Assembly (NCBI GenBank): GCA_041743105.1
Contig: JBGTNI010000010.1
Span: forward strand, 13,589-77,588
DNA from: Mycobacteriales bacterium
Lineage (GTDB): Bacteria > Actinomycetota > Actinomycetes > Mycobacteriales > QHCE01
Direction of reading: 5' to 3'
DNA length: 64,000 nt
Shown: positions 1 through 9,842 of the stretch, piece after piece
How positions within the stretch are numbered: position 1 is the stretch's first letter
Layout: every line of letters starts with the position of its first letter
Position numbers and translations under genes: made by a program
Notes under the pieces: model-generated
What the model saw: only the letters and a program-made list of their open reading frames with translations
What the model was told of the DNA's origin: nothing
Databases searched by the model: none

Positions 1-1278
1 GTAAATGAATTCGTTGTACTGCCCCACGCGCTTGGCCTGGAAGCGGCAGGACAGGAACAGGCTGTTCACCCAGTCGATCTCGTGAACCGAAACCAGGTGC
101 TCTAGTAGCGCTCGATCGGTGGTGAAGCTGTAGCGACACTTCTCATCCGCGTAGGGCCGCACAGCCCTGGCGGGGAAGTCGACCACGAAGTCCACATCGC
201 CGCGCACGGAGTCGGTGGCCGTGATACGCACTGGCCCGCCAACGCCGTCTGCGATTCGCTCGGATTCACCGAGTATCTGCTCCAGCCATGGCGTGAGTTC
301 GGCCAGCAGGTCCAGATCCGGCTTCGCCCAGCCGGCCTTCTGCGCCTCCAGTGCCGGAAGCTTGCGTTGCTGGTATTCGCTCAGATATCGCGCCTTGTCG
401 GCGAAGATGCGCTCCACCTGCGCCTCGGGCATCGGATGGGTGACCGAGCACTGCGGATCTGACAGGTCGGCGGTCGAGCCCGGAATGAGCACGCGGCAGT
501 TTTCATAGCCGCTGGCGGCCATGAAATCCGCGAATACCTTCTGGTCGGGAAAGATGTTGCCAGGATCATCGAAGATATCGTTGAGGTGCCACAGCTGCGG
601 ATCCAGAAAACATGGCGGCCCGGCGATGGGGAAAACCCAGCTGGCTTTCAGGTCGTCGATGTAGCGCAACGTGCGATCGAGCTGCCTGGCCCGCTTCTGT
701 TCACCGAAGATGCGCTTTGCGTGCTCGGGCAGGTCGTAAACCATGGGATACCAGATCGCGCCGGAGAACTGCAGCAGATGTGCATCGACGTGACCGAGCT
801 CGGCGAACGCACCCAGATCCGTTGGCCTGGCGTCATTCTGATTCAGCAGCGTGGCACGCCCATCGCACAACCACAGCGACGAGTCCCCGATCGGTCCATC
901 GGTCGGGGAAACCAGTGCCTGAATCATCACCTGCAAACCGTCTAGCTCAGTGACTTCGCCGCTCACGGTGTGCACGAACTTGCGCAAGCCCACTGCCTTG
1001 AGCGCGTCGTACAGCTCGTCGGTGGGATAGGCCGGCAGTAGCACGGTGGCGTCCTTGCCGATCCAACGCTTGAGGTGCTCGGGGTCGTAGTGGTCCCGAT
1101 GCAGATGGGAGATGTAGAGGTAGTCGGCTCGACCGTAGCGTTCCCAGTCTAGCTCGCTATTGTCGGGAAACGGATACCAGGAACCGAAGTAGGCCGGCGA
1201 TACCCACGGGTCGCAAAGCACTGAGCCAGCCGCTGTCTCGATGAATGCGCTGGCGTGGCCTAGGCCTGTAACTCGCAC
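1..1278 (-). CDS. MBL-fold metallo-hydrolase (C-terminal end runs off the window)
   Basis: Manual minus-strand translation from GTG at 1278 gives 426 uninterrupted codons down to base 1 (VRVTGLGHASAFIETAAGSVLCDPW...YISHLHRDHYDPEHL...). It carries the HxHxDH metallo-beta-lactamase motif. It is absent from the ORF track because no stop lies in the window. Confidence 0.7.
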   Translation of the reverse strand, partial: MRVTGLGHASAFIETAAGSVLCDPWVSPAYFGSWYPFPDNSELDWERYGRADYLYISHLHRDHYDPEHLKRWIGKDATVLLPAYPTDELYDALKAVGLRKFVHTVSGEVTELDGLQVMIQALVSPTDGPIGDSSLWLCDGRATLLNQNDARPTDLGAFAELGHVDAHLLQFSGAIWYPMVYDLPEHAKRIFGEQKRARQLDRTLRYIDDLKASWVFPIAGPPCFLDPQLWHLNDIFDDPGNIFPDQKVFADFMAASGYENCRVLIPGSTADLSDPQCSVTHPMPEAQVERIFADKARYLSEYQQRKLPALEAQKAGWAKPDLDLLAELTPWLEQILGESERIADGVGGPVRITATDSVRGDVDFVVDFPARAVRPYADEKCRYSFTTDRALLEHLVSVHEIDWVNSLFLSCRFQAKRVGQYNEFIY

Positions 1279-1494
1279 ATTGTGACACTACGGCATGCCG
1301 CCAATCGCTTCCTGCCGGCACTGAATTGTCCGGGGCACCCGTACCCGGGCATGTCGCCTGCGTACCCACTCCGCTGCGCTCCAGCGAAGTTAGGGGCATT
1401 GCGTACGCGGCGGCTCCCACCGCCTTGGCAGAAAGCAATTCACGGACGTTTTCAGGGAATACTCCCGTACCCGGCAGGTCATAGAATACCGTTA

Positions 1495-2136
1495 ATGACA
1501 AACCAGCACTATTTCAGCCAGCAGCCACTCACCCCGAGCTCACCGCGGGAGACCACGTTGGCGCTCGCAGACGGTTTGTTCCGTTTTGTCACCGACACCG
1601 GAGTGTTCTCTTACGGCGCCGTGGATTCCGGAACGCGGCTGCTGCTGCAATACGCGCCACCGCCGCAGGTCCCGGGCAACATACTCGACATCGGATGCGG
1701 CTACGGCCCGATCGCGGTGGTGTGGGCTCGCAGGCGTCCCCAAGCCACAGTCTGGGCCGTTGACGTGAACCAGCGTGCACGCGATCTCACCGGCCGAAAC
1801 GCCACGGCCGCCGGATGCCACAACATCGAGGTCCGGGATCCCGACGAGATGCCTGGGGCGGTCCGATTCGCCGCCATCTACGCCAACCCGCCCATCAAGG
1901 TGGGCAAGGCAGTGCTGCATGACCTCCTACTCACGTGGCTCGCTCGGCTGGTTCCCGAAGGCGTGGCATACCTTGTAGTACATCGCCACTTGGGCGCGGA
2001 TTCACTAGCGGACTGGCTAGGCAGCCACGGGTATGCCGTCGCACGGGAGCGCTCCAGCGGTGGCTACCGGCTACTGAGGGTGCAACCCAGCTCTCACCTC
2101 GATACGACCGTCGGCCACGCCAAGGACCAGGAGTGA
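1495..2136 (+). CDS. class I SAM-dependent methyltransferase (RsmC/MTS-like)
   Basis: Trimmed from ORF 1282..2136 to the in-frame ATG at 1495 (MTNQHYFSQQP...). SAM motif ILDIGCGYGPIAV and an NPPI motif are present. The upstream part of the ORF is Pro/Arg-rich and looks non-coding. Confidence 0.7.
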   Translation: MTNQHYFSQQPLTPSSPRETTLALADGLFRFVTDTGVFSYGAVDSGTRLLLQYAPPPQVPGNILDIGCGYGPIAVVWARRRPQATVWAVDVNQRARDLTGRNATAAGCHNIEVRDPDEMPGAVRFAAIYANPPIKVGKAVLHDLLLTWLARLVPEGVAYLVVHRHLGADSLADWLGSHGYAVARERSSGGYRLLRVQPSSHLDTTVGHAKDQE

Positions 2137-2139
2137 TCA

Positions 2140-2736
2140 GTGACTAAGCTCAGCCGACAGCACAACGCAACACCACCGCAGCTTCGACAGCTGGGCGGCA
2201 CAGACCTCAAGCGGCTCCACCGCGATTGGAAGCGCCGACCGCACCCAAGGCTAGCGCTGTTGCTGGACAACGTGGCCAGCCCGTTCAACGTCGGTAGCAT
2301 CGTGCGTACTGCCGCGGCCTTCGCGGTCGACCGCATGTTCGTGGTGGGGCAGGGCAGCGATGGCAGGGTACTCAGTAACCCCAAGATGCAGAAGGTCGCG
2401 TTAGGTACCGAGCGATTTCTGAGCTGGGACTACTACGCGGATACCGCGCAAGCCCTTATGGCAGCCCGCGCGGAAGAATTCGACTGCGTGGCACTGGAGC
2501 TAACTGCCGATGCGGTACCGCTGCACGAGGTCGACCTCAACCGCGACATCTGCCTTGTCGTAGGCCATGAGGACCGAGGAATCGGGCCGACGACGCTAGC
2601 CGCATGCGATCGGGCAGCATTCATTCCCCAGCTGGGCAAGGTCGGTTCACTCAACGTCGCGAGCGCCACCGCGATCGGCTGCGCCGAGGCACGTCGCCAA
2701 GCATGGCAATCTCAAACCTGGCAACCGCCCGGCTGA
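2140..2736 (+). CDS. TrmH/SpoU family RNA 2'-O-methyltransferase
   Basis: GTG start lies 4 nt after the upstream stop. SpoU motifs NVGSIVRTAAAF and IPQLGKVGSLNVASATAI are present. Confidence 0.75.
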   Translation: MTKLSRQHNATPPQLRQLGGTDLKRLHRDWKRRPHPRLALLLDNVASPFNVGSIVRTAAAFAVDRMFVVGQGSDGRVLSNPKMQKVALGTERFLSWDYYADTAQALMAARAEEFDCVALELTADAVPLHEVDLNRDICLVVGHEDRGIGPTTLAACDRAAFIPQLGKVGSLNVASATAIGCAEARRQAWQSQTWQPPG

Positions 2737-2885
2737 GGTCGACATTCCCCATAGCTGCCCGCTAATGCCAGCCGAACGGACAGACATATCAGGCACGTTG
2801 GCTCAGTATGTTCCGCAGCCGACCGAAGAGCACATATCGTGGAAACACGTGTAAGCATCCCGCGTGCGCTATCTGAGGAATCGCC

Positions 2886-3920
2886 ATGAGAGTCCGTACG
2901 GTATTGGTGAACGTGGCCACCGTCGTGGCTCTGGCCGCTACTCCGGTGGCGGCTACCGTGGTCACGCGGTACGACGTCGAGCCCCGGCACCAGCCCGGTC
3001 CCACGACGGAGCAGGCCTCGCCTGCCGCGCAGCAGGAAGCGTCGCGGTACTGGACCAGCCAGCGTATGGCTGAGGCCACCCCGGTGAGCACCGAGCGCGA
3101 CAAGACGCAAACCCTCCGCGCCACGCGGGAGCTGCTCGGCGACGAGGATTCGTCGCTTCCTTCTTCCCCACGCTCGCGCGCCTCACAGCATCGGGCAGCG
3201 CCCAGCGCCGTGGCGCCCCAGGCGGCGGCCGGCGGTCTTGCCACTACTACTGCCGGAGCAAAATGGAACGGCGGTAACAGCGTCGTCCCCAGCATAGGCC
3301 TGGCCTACTTCACCGATGGTGTCGGCAAAATGTCGTGCAGCGCCGGAGTCGTCAACTCCCAGACCGGCGACCTCGTGGGCACCGCCGGCCACTGTTGCAA
3401 GCTCGGCCGCAGTTTCTATAAGAACTGGACGTTCGTGCCAGGCCACTCTGCGGGCGAGGCGCCCTACGGCAAATGGCCCGCCCGGCAGCTGTTCACCACG
3501 ACCGGATGGGCACACCGTCAGGATGACAACGAGGATGTTTGCTTCGCGGCATTGAGCACCGTCAACGGACAGCACATCTCCCAGGTGGTGGGCGCGAATG
3601 CGATCTCGTTTAACGCGTCTGAAAGCGTCGGCGTCCACTCGTTCGGATATCCTGGGCCGGCGCGGCGGTACAACGGTGTGTACTACTGCGCCGGTATTAC
3701 GTACCCGGACAACTATGCGCATGGCAGCACCGATGTGGCGCTGCCATGCAAAATGGAAGAAGGTTCATCCGGCGGTCTGATGCTGGCAAACTTCAACGGC
3801 ACCACCGGAACGGTGGTCTCGGTGAACAGCAAGGGCTATGAGGAGGCTCCGGGCGTCATGATGGGTCCACGTTTCGACTCCAGCATCAAACGGGTCTACG
3901 ACGTAGCTCAGGTCAGTTAA
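2886..3920 (+). CDS. secreted trypsin-fold (S1) serine peptidase, paralog 1
   Basis: N-terminal signal-like segment MRVRTVLVNVATVVALAATPVAA. Candidate triad contexts are GTAGHC (His), DVCFAAL (Asp) and EGSSGG (Ser). It aligns along its length with the next gene. Confidence 0.7.
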   Translation: MRVRTVLVNVATVVALAATPVAATVVTRYDVEPRHQPGPTTEQASPAAQQEASRYWTSQRMAEATPVSTERDKTQTLRATRELLGDEDSSLPSSPRSRASQHRAAPSAVAPQAAAGGLATTTAGAKWNGGNSVVPSIGLAYFTDGVGKMSCSAGVVNSQTGDLVGTAGHCCKLGRSFYKNWTFVPGHSAGEAPYGKWPARQLFTTTGWAHRQDDNEDVCFAALSTVNGQHISQVVGANAISFNASESVGVHSFGYPGPARRYNGVYYCAGITYPDNYAHGSTDVALPCKMEEGSSGGLMLANFNGTTGTVVSVNSKGYEEAPGVMMGPRFDSSIKRVYDVAQVS

Positions 3921-3943
3921 CAGCGTCGCTATGTATCAAAAGT

Positions 3944-3966
3944 AAACACCGAAAATTTCGGTGTTT
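3944..3966 (+). terminator. hairpin after peptidase 1
   Basis: Sequence aaacaccgaaaatttcggtgttt is self-complementary and lies 24 nt after the stop. Confidence 0.5.
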
Positions 3967-4114
3967 GGGCGGTCCGGGACCGCGAACGCCACGACGTTTC
4001 AGTACTGTGAGAGCGTCGACATCCCCATGCGGGCGCGCAAGCGAAGCCCGCTCGACATACAGACTCCACATGCACCGCTACTCATAACACGAAGTAGAGA
4101 GACAGACTAAAAAC

Positions 4115-5311
4115 ATGCCGAAACGTAGTTTCCGCTTAATCCTGCTCTTAACCGCCGTAGCCGTTGGCCTCGTGGTGGTCCCCGCATCCGCCGAGACGTT
4201 CTTGGGCGACAACAGCGTTCAGGACCAGAAGCTGCCCGACAGCGACAAGGTGGCCCCCAAGGAGATCGTTCCCGACGATGTGGTCACCAAGGATCTGACC
4301 AGCACTCTGCCCCAGCAGCAAGAAGTTCTGGGCTATTGGAATGAAAAGCGGATAAAGGCGGCCAAGCCAACGCCGCTTCCGTTGGCGGCACCCCAAGGCC
4401 CCAAAGCCACGGGCGGAATACTTGAGAAGGCCACTTCCAAGGACACCGATGGAGTACTAGGAAGCGCCCTGCCCGACCAAGGCGGCCTGCCGCAGCTTCC
4501 AGGCACTGTGCAAGGTCCGGCCAACACCGAGACTCGTGATGTCGGCCAGGTCGGTAAGAAGCCGGTCAAGAATCCGGTAGTCACAGATCAAGTGCCCGCC
4601 TCGCCTACGCGGACTACAACCCGTAGCGCCTCTGCTAAGCAGTGGACCAGCGGTGGCGCCGTCGTCAAAACCGCGGGCAAGGTCTTATACACCATGAACG
4701 GCCAAGACTTTCGGGGTTCGGCCACTGTGATCCAATCTCGCAACAAGGACACCCTGATCACCGCCGGTCATGTCATCTATGACGGCGAATACGCCGAAAA
4801 CGTGACATTCGTACCCGGCTACGACAACGGCAACAAGCCGTACGGCACGTGGACCGCTCGGGCACTGCGGGCGCCCAAAGCCTGGATCCAGCGCAGCAAT
4901 TCGAACGACCACAGCCACGATGTGGGTTTTATAGTACTGAACAAGCGCGACGGCAAGCACATATCCGACGTGGTGGGTGCACAGAAGATCGCCTTCAACG
5001 CCGGTAAGGATAGGCCGATCTACGCCTTCGGCTACCCCCAGTACTCGCCGTACAACGGGGAGACGATGCACTTCTGCAGTGACACGGCCAGCGCCGACCG
5101 GCGAACCTCCAGCACCACCGTCCAGGGTATTAGGTGCGATATGACTGAGGGCGCGTCCGGTGGTTGCTGGATTACCGAAATGCGGTCCTCCGGCGTGGGC
5201 ACTGTGGTCTCGGTGAACGCCTTCAGCTATAAAGACGATCTAGACACCATGATGGGTCCGATGTTGGGAAGCGCGGCGAAGGCGGCATACGACCAGGCCC
5301 AGCGCTTGTGA
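4115..5311 (+). CDS. secreted trypsin-fold (S1) serine peptidase, paralog 2
   Basis: Signal-like segment LILLLTAVAVGLVVVPASA. Contexts ITAGHV, DVGFIVL and EGASGG are present. It shares the pro-region motif YWxxxRxxxAxP with paralog 1. Confidence 0.7.
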   Translation: MPKRSFRLILLLTAVAVGLVVVPASAETFLGDNSVQDQKLPDSDKVAPKEIVPDDVVTKDLTSTLPQQQEVLGYWNEKRIKAAKPTPLPLAAPQGPKATGGILEKATSKDTDGVLGSALPDQGGLPQLPGTVQGPANTETRDVGQVGKKPVKNPVVTDQVPASPTRTTTRSASAKQWTSGGAVVKTAGKVLYTMNGQDFRGSATVIQSRNKDTLITAGHVIYDGEYAENVTFVPGYDNGNKPYGTWTARALRAPKAWIQRSNSNDHSHDVGFIVLNKRDGKHISDVVGAQKIAFNAGKDRPIYAFGYPQYSPYNGETMHFCSDTASADRRTSSTTVQGIRCDMTEGASGGCWITEMRSSGVGTVVSVNAFSYKDDLDTMMGPMLGSAAKAAYDQAQRL

Positions 5312-5364
5312 GCTTGTTTGCCCCGCACGGCGTGTGAGGTAAGCGCGGTACGGATGAAGTACGC

Positions 5365-5417
5365 GACAACTTGTGCCATGTTGTCCCTGGTCTTGGGATA
5401 GCATGGCACAAGTTGTC
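5365..5417 (+). terminator. 16-bp perfect inverted repeat after peptidase 2
   Basis: gacaacttgtgccatg (5365-5380) pairs with catggcacaagttgtc (5402-5417), with a 21-nt loop. It could be a terminator or an operator. Confidence 0.4.
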
Positions 5418-5433
5418 CCAAGGCCAATGTAGC

Positions 5434-5600
5434 TAAGAGTGTCTGCCAATAGGTCGTTCGTTGCGAGGTGGTTCCTGGTCGAGGATGGCAAGGCGGAGAA
5501 GGAGACCATGCTGGATGCATGGGCGACGACGACAACGCCGCCAGCCGAAGCGCCAGGGAACACCGCAGTAGAACAGTTACCTATTGGCAGACACCCTTAA
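5434..5600 (-). repeat. MITE/REP-like element, family A copy 1
   Basis: Ends are taagagtgtctgccaataggt (5434-5454) and acctattggcagacacccttaa (5579-5600). Its reverse complement aligns over most of its length with 30938..31120. Confidence 0.8.
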
Positions 5601-5616
5601 CCAGCACGGAGTAATC

Positions 5617-5835
5617 GTGTCAGCAGAAGAGGTCACGTCGGCCGACCAACGTAAACCCGAGAACATCAAAGTCTGGCGGCTCGGGTGGCTTCTGGTCGCC
5701 GCGCTTATCGCCAGCATGCTGTTCGGCAATCACCAAGGACGGATGGCCAACATCTGGCTGCTGTCGCTCGTGGGTCTGATCTTGACCGGTCTCGCCGGTG
5801 ACTACGCGATGCGAAAGCGCGGTATTAAGCAGTAG
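5617..5835 (+). CDS. small two-TM membrane protein (DUF2631-like)
   Basis: Trimmed to GTG at 5617, preceded by ggag. The product VSAEEVTSADQRKPENIKVWRLGWLLVAALIA... has two hydrophobic helices. The ATG at 5584 lies inside repeat A1. Confidence 0.55.
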   Translation: MSAEEVTSADQRKPENIKVWRLGWLLVAALIASMLFGNHQGRMANIWLLSLVGLILTGLAGDYAMRKRGIKQ

Positions 5836-5887
5836 CCGCTGGCCTTCCGACGGCACCAGACGGGCATTCAAGCCCCGTAGCGAACCG

Positions 5888-6066
5888 TCAGGTGGATGAC
5901 TGGCAAGGCCGCAGCGAGCGCCAGCCCTCGGTGGGACGCTGGAATCCAGGTGGATGACTGGCAAGGCCGCAGGAGCCGACGCCTACGCTATGCTCACGGC
6001 CGGCTCGCAAGCTGCGCCGGGCATAGGCGAGGCGACGAGAACGCCGCCAGGCGCCGCCTGGAGCCA
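5888..6066 (+). repeat. REP-like element, family C copy 1 (with internal duplication)
   Basis: It contains the family core ggcaaggccgcaggagcc. The 26-nt segment caggtggatgactggcaaggccgcag occurs twice (5889-5914 and 5947-5972). Confidence 0.65.
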
Positions 6067-6069
6067 GCG

Positions 6070-7140
6070 TCACCCTAGGCGGCGGTGGAAGAGGTCCCTA
6101 AGTTCGCGTAACGCCGCGTCGATCTCCTGCTCGAAGTAGCCACCCTGCACCAGCGTGAACTGGCTGGGGTCGAAATCGGCGTCAGTAACTTGAGCGCTGG
6201 CTTGACCGCCCATGGCAGCAGCAATAGCATCCCACAGCCGCTCCACCTGGGAGGGCTCGTATCCGCTGCCGAAGCGGCGGAGTTTAAACGTATCCTGTAG
6301 CTCGGAGAGTCGATCTTTGTCCGCTTGGATGAATGGGGAGACATCCCCACCGTAGGTGGGCACTTCCACGGTCATTTCGGTCTTGCCGTGTCGCGGCGCG
6401 TAAGGGTCGACGCTGGGCCTGGGGGCCGAACGGGCCACACCATTAGATCGCGCCACGCGTGCGGCGACGCTGGACGGCGCCGCCGGTCCTGGAGACACCG
6501 CTGGGACATCGGCCGCAGTGGAGGGCCATCCGGCGGGCGACACTGCCGGTCCAGGCATTGGGCGTGGCGTGGCGTTGCGTGAACGCGGCCGGGGAGCAAC
6601 GGGGCTGGAACTGGGCGCCGGACGTGAACGCGGTGGCTCAGCGGAGTTTGCCCCCATGCCGCGTGTGGTCACTTGGTCGTCAGGATACGTGCCGGTGACA
6701 CTGGAGGGCACAACACGCGGCGCTGCGCCTAAATCAGCAAAGGACAGGTCGTCATCGGAGGCGCTGGATCGGTAGATCCCAGGGGAGAACTCCACCTCTT
6801 CAGGTGTGCGCTCAGCCGCCACACTCGAGCCAACCGTCAACGCAAGGGACTTGCGTTGACCCAAGGCAGGAAAGCCACTGGAGCCTCGCACCGAGCCGGG
6901 ATCGTCCATGAACTCTTCCAGCTGGCGCTCCAGTCGGTCGAGTTCCATGTCGACATGCCACTCGTCGTAGCCGCCCCATCGGGTCTTGAAGATGACGTCG
7001 CGGACTTCGTCGGGGCCCACGGGGTCGGCGATGGCTTCACCAGCGAGTGTGGCCTCCACGCGGTCAAGAAAGTTATCGACCTCGTCAGCTTTATACCCAC
7101 GACGTAGTGCACGCCGCTTGAACCGCTGGCCCCGCTCCAT
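6070..7140 (-). CDS. DivIVA-domain repeat protein
   Basis: Trimmed to ATG at 7140 (MERGQRFKRRALRRGYKADEVDNFLDRV). A second DivIVA-type motif, FKLRRFGSGYEPSQVERLWD, lies near the C-terminus. A Pro/Ala/Ser-rich linker separates them. Confidence 0.65.
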   Translation of the reverse strand: MERGQRFKRRALRRGYKADEVDNFLDRVEATLAGEAIADPVGPDEVRDVIFKTRWGGYDEWHVDMELDRLERQLEEFMDDPGSVRGSSGFPALGQRKSLALTVGSSVAAERTPEEVEFSPGIYRSSASDDDLSFADLGAAPRVVPSSVTGTYPDDQVTTRGMGANSAEPPRSRPAPSSSPVAPRPRSRNATPRPMPGPAVSPAGWPSTAADVPAVSPGPAAPSSVAARVARSNGVARSAPRPSVDPYAPRHGKTEMTVEVPTYGGDVSPFIQADKDRLSELQDTFKLRRFGSGYEPSQVERLWDAIAAAMGGQASAQVTDADFDPSQFTLVQGGYFEQEIDAALRELRDLFHRRLG

Positions 7141-7233
7141 GCCTGACACACCTCTCAATTTACCTCGCAACGTATCGATGCCCGCTGCCCCCGGTACAGC
7201 AAGACATGAACTACATAACACCATGCCTGCGAC

Positions 7234-8178
7234 CTACGCCACGGGCAGGTACCACGTGAGCAACAGGTAAGCGACGGGCGATGCGACCAAAACGGAATCA
7301 AAACGGTCCATAACACCGCCGTGACCCGGTAACAACTTCCCCATATCTTTCACGCCCACGTCGCGCTTTACCAGCGATTCCGCTAAATCGCCCACGATCG
7401 CGGCTGCCGATACAGTCAGACCGAAGATGACACCATGCCACCACACGTCCTCAAGGCTCCAGACCAGCGCTCCCGCGCCGACCAGGGCGCCCAATAGCAG
7501 CGACCCGGCGGTACCCTCCCATGTCTTACCTGGACTGATGGTGGGGCACATACGATGCCGGCCGATCAGCGAGCCGACGAGATATCCACCGACGTCGCTG
7601 GCAACCGTCACCGCGACCATGGCCAGCACCCGCTTCACGCCGTCGGTCGGTGCCAGCAACAGCACCACGAAACCGGCCAGGAATGGCACATATGAGACCG
7701 TCAGCGTCGCGCCGGCAACATCGCGGGCATACCCGACCGGTCCTTCCGGTAGGCGCCAGAGCATCACCGCTACCACCGTGACCACCCAGCCGATCACCAA
7801 CGCCTGGGGGCCAGTGAGCCAGACCAGTGGAACAATCCCCACGCCACCGACCAGTAACGGCGCCACAGGCGGATGCGCGCCGCTGTGCTCGATAGCCCGA
7901 ATAAGTTCCCAGGTAGCCAAAGCGACGGCCACAGCGATCACAATGAGGAACGCCGGTCGGTATACCAACAACGGCGCCAGCATCAGCGCGGCCATGGCGA
8001 CACCTACACCCAGCCCCATTAACAGGTTTCGTGGTGGCGCGAAGGTAGCAGGGGCGGAGGTGCAGGTTGTTCCGGCGCCAGCCCGATGCCGACCAATATG
8101 GTGCCGGGGTGCGCGCACGACATGCTCCGGCAACATCTGGCCCGGGTCCGGCTGCTGCGGTGAAGCAAGTGCAGGCAC
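7234..8178 (-). CDS. cdsA: phosphatidate cytidylyltransferase
   Basis: Polytopic membrane protein with the C-terminal signature SLVKRDVGVKDMGKLLPGHGGVMDRFDS. The start codon is uncertain. Confidence 0.8.
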   Translation of the reverse strand: MPALASPQQPDPGQMLPEHVVRAPRHHIGRHRAGAGTTCTSAPATFAPPRNLLMGLGVGVAMAALMLAPLLVYRPAFLIVIAVAVALATWELIRAIEHSGAHPPVAPLLVGGVGIVPLVWLTGPQALVIGWVVTVVAVMLWRLPEGPVGYARDVAGATLTVSYVPFLAGFVVLLLAPTDGVKRVLAMVAVTVASDVGGYLVGSLIGRHRMCPTISPGKTWEGTAGSLLLGALVGAGALVWSLEDVWWHGVIFGLTVSAAAIVGDLAESLVKRDVGVKDMGKLLPGHGGVMDRFDSVLVASPVAYLLLTWYLPVA

Positions 8179-8182
8179 TGCT

Positions 8183-8740
8183 TCAGACCTCTAGCAGTTC
8201 TGATTCCTTGTGTTTCATCAGCTCGTCGACCTGGTTAACGTATTCGGTCGTGGTGTCGTCAAGCTCTTTCTCGGCCCGGCGGACCTCATCTTCACCGGCC
8301 TCCCCGTCACGCTGGATGCGGTCAAGCTCTTCCTTGGCTTTGCGGCGAATGTTTCGGATGGAAACCTTGGCGTCTTCACCCTTCGTGCGAGCAACTTTCA
8401 CCAACTCGCGGCGCCGTTCTTGGGTGAGCTGTGGGAAGACGACCCGTAGTATTGAACCGTCGTTGGTGGGGTTTACGCCGAGGTCAGAGGCTCGGATTGC
8501 CTTCTCCATCTCGGCAAGCTGCGAGGCGTCGTACGGTTTGATGACTGCCATTCGCGCCTCCGGGATGTTGACCGACGCCAGCTGCGGCAGCGGCGTGGGA
8601 GCACCGTAGTAGTCCACCACAATCTTCCCGAACATCGCGGGAGCGGCGCGGCCGGTGCGGATTGCACCCAGGTCAGCCTTAGCGACCTCAATCGCCTTGC
8701 TCATCTTTTCTATTGCCTCGAGAAAGGCTTCCTCGATCAT
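8183..8740 (-). CDS. frr: ribosome recycling factor
   Basis: Trimmed to ATG at 8740 ([18 protein letters not shown]...), giving 185 aa that are full-length alignable to Frr. The ORF-track extension to 8926 runs through repeat C2. Confidence 0.9.
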   Translation of the reverse strand: MIEEAFLEAIEKMSKAIEVAKADLGAIRTGRAAPAMFGKIVVDYYGAPTPLPQLASVNIPEARMAVIKPYDASQLAEMEKAIRASDLGVNPTNDGSILRVVFPQLTQERRRELVKVARTKGEDAKVSIRNIRRKAKEELDRIQRDGEAGEDEVRRAEKELDDTTTEYVNQVDELMKHKESELLEV

Positions 8741-8788
8741 GGATGTCCTTAAGTGTGCGGGCGGAATCATTGTAGGTCTGAGCTGAGC

Positions 8789-8942
8789 GGTCATCAGGTG
8801 TTTCCTGCCAAGGCCGCAGGAGCCGCCGTGTACAGCTGTGCATTCTAACTTCCGTCCACGCCAGCGGAATGGTACACAAGGCGAGAGCCCGGGTGCGGGT
8901 GTCCCGCATGAGCACAGCGCCGGCAAGGAGCACCTGATGACC
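8789..8942 (+). repeat. REP-like element, family C copy 2 (pyrH-frr intergenic)
   Basis: Terminal inverted repeats are ggtcatcaggtg (8789-8800) and cacctgatgacc (8931-8942). The core is ccaaggccgcaggagccgccgtgtaca. It aligns with 51416..51565. Confidence 0.75.
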
Positions 8943-8943
8943 G

Positions 8944-9759
<816 letters not shown>

Positions 9760-9789
9760 TCAAGATACAGTCTTCTGACCTAAATTTAG

Positions 9790-9818
9790 GCTAATTTCGG
9801 GCTGACTTAGTAACAATC
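9790..9818 (-). promoter_or_regulatory. conserved ~29-nt motif upstream of pyrH (promoter-like)
   Basis: gctaatttcgggctgacttagtaacaatc is near-identical to 45513..45541. Read on the minus strand it gives TTGTTA-N17-TAGCCT. Confidence 0.4.
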
Positions 9819-9842
9819 GACTCAGCCGGGGCCGTTCGTCAC

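Noticed and set aside
7427-8194. 255-aa plus-strand ORF
   Set aside because: It is antisense to cdsA, Ser/Thr/Pro/Ala-rich, with no motifs.
8741-8926. N-terminal extensions of frr, dgt (34189-34362), DAG-kinase (31105-31188), malic enzyme (29728-29994), rpsB (11609-11839) and Uma2 (28353-28622) given by the ORF track
   Set aside because: The conserved protein N-termini start at internal ATG/GTG codons. The extensions run through intergenic repeat elements or encode Arg/Pro-rich filler.
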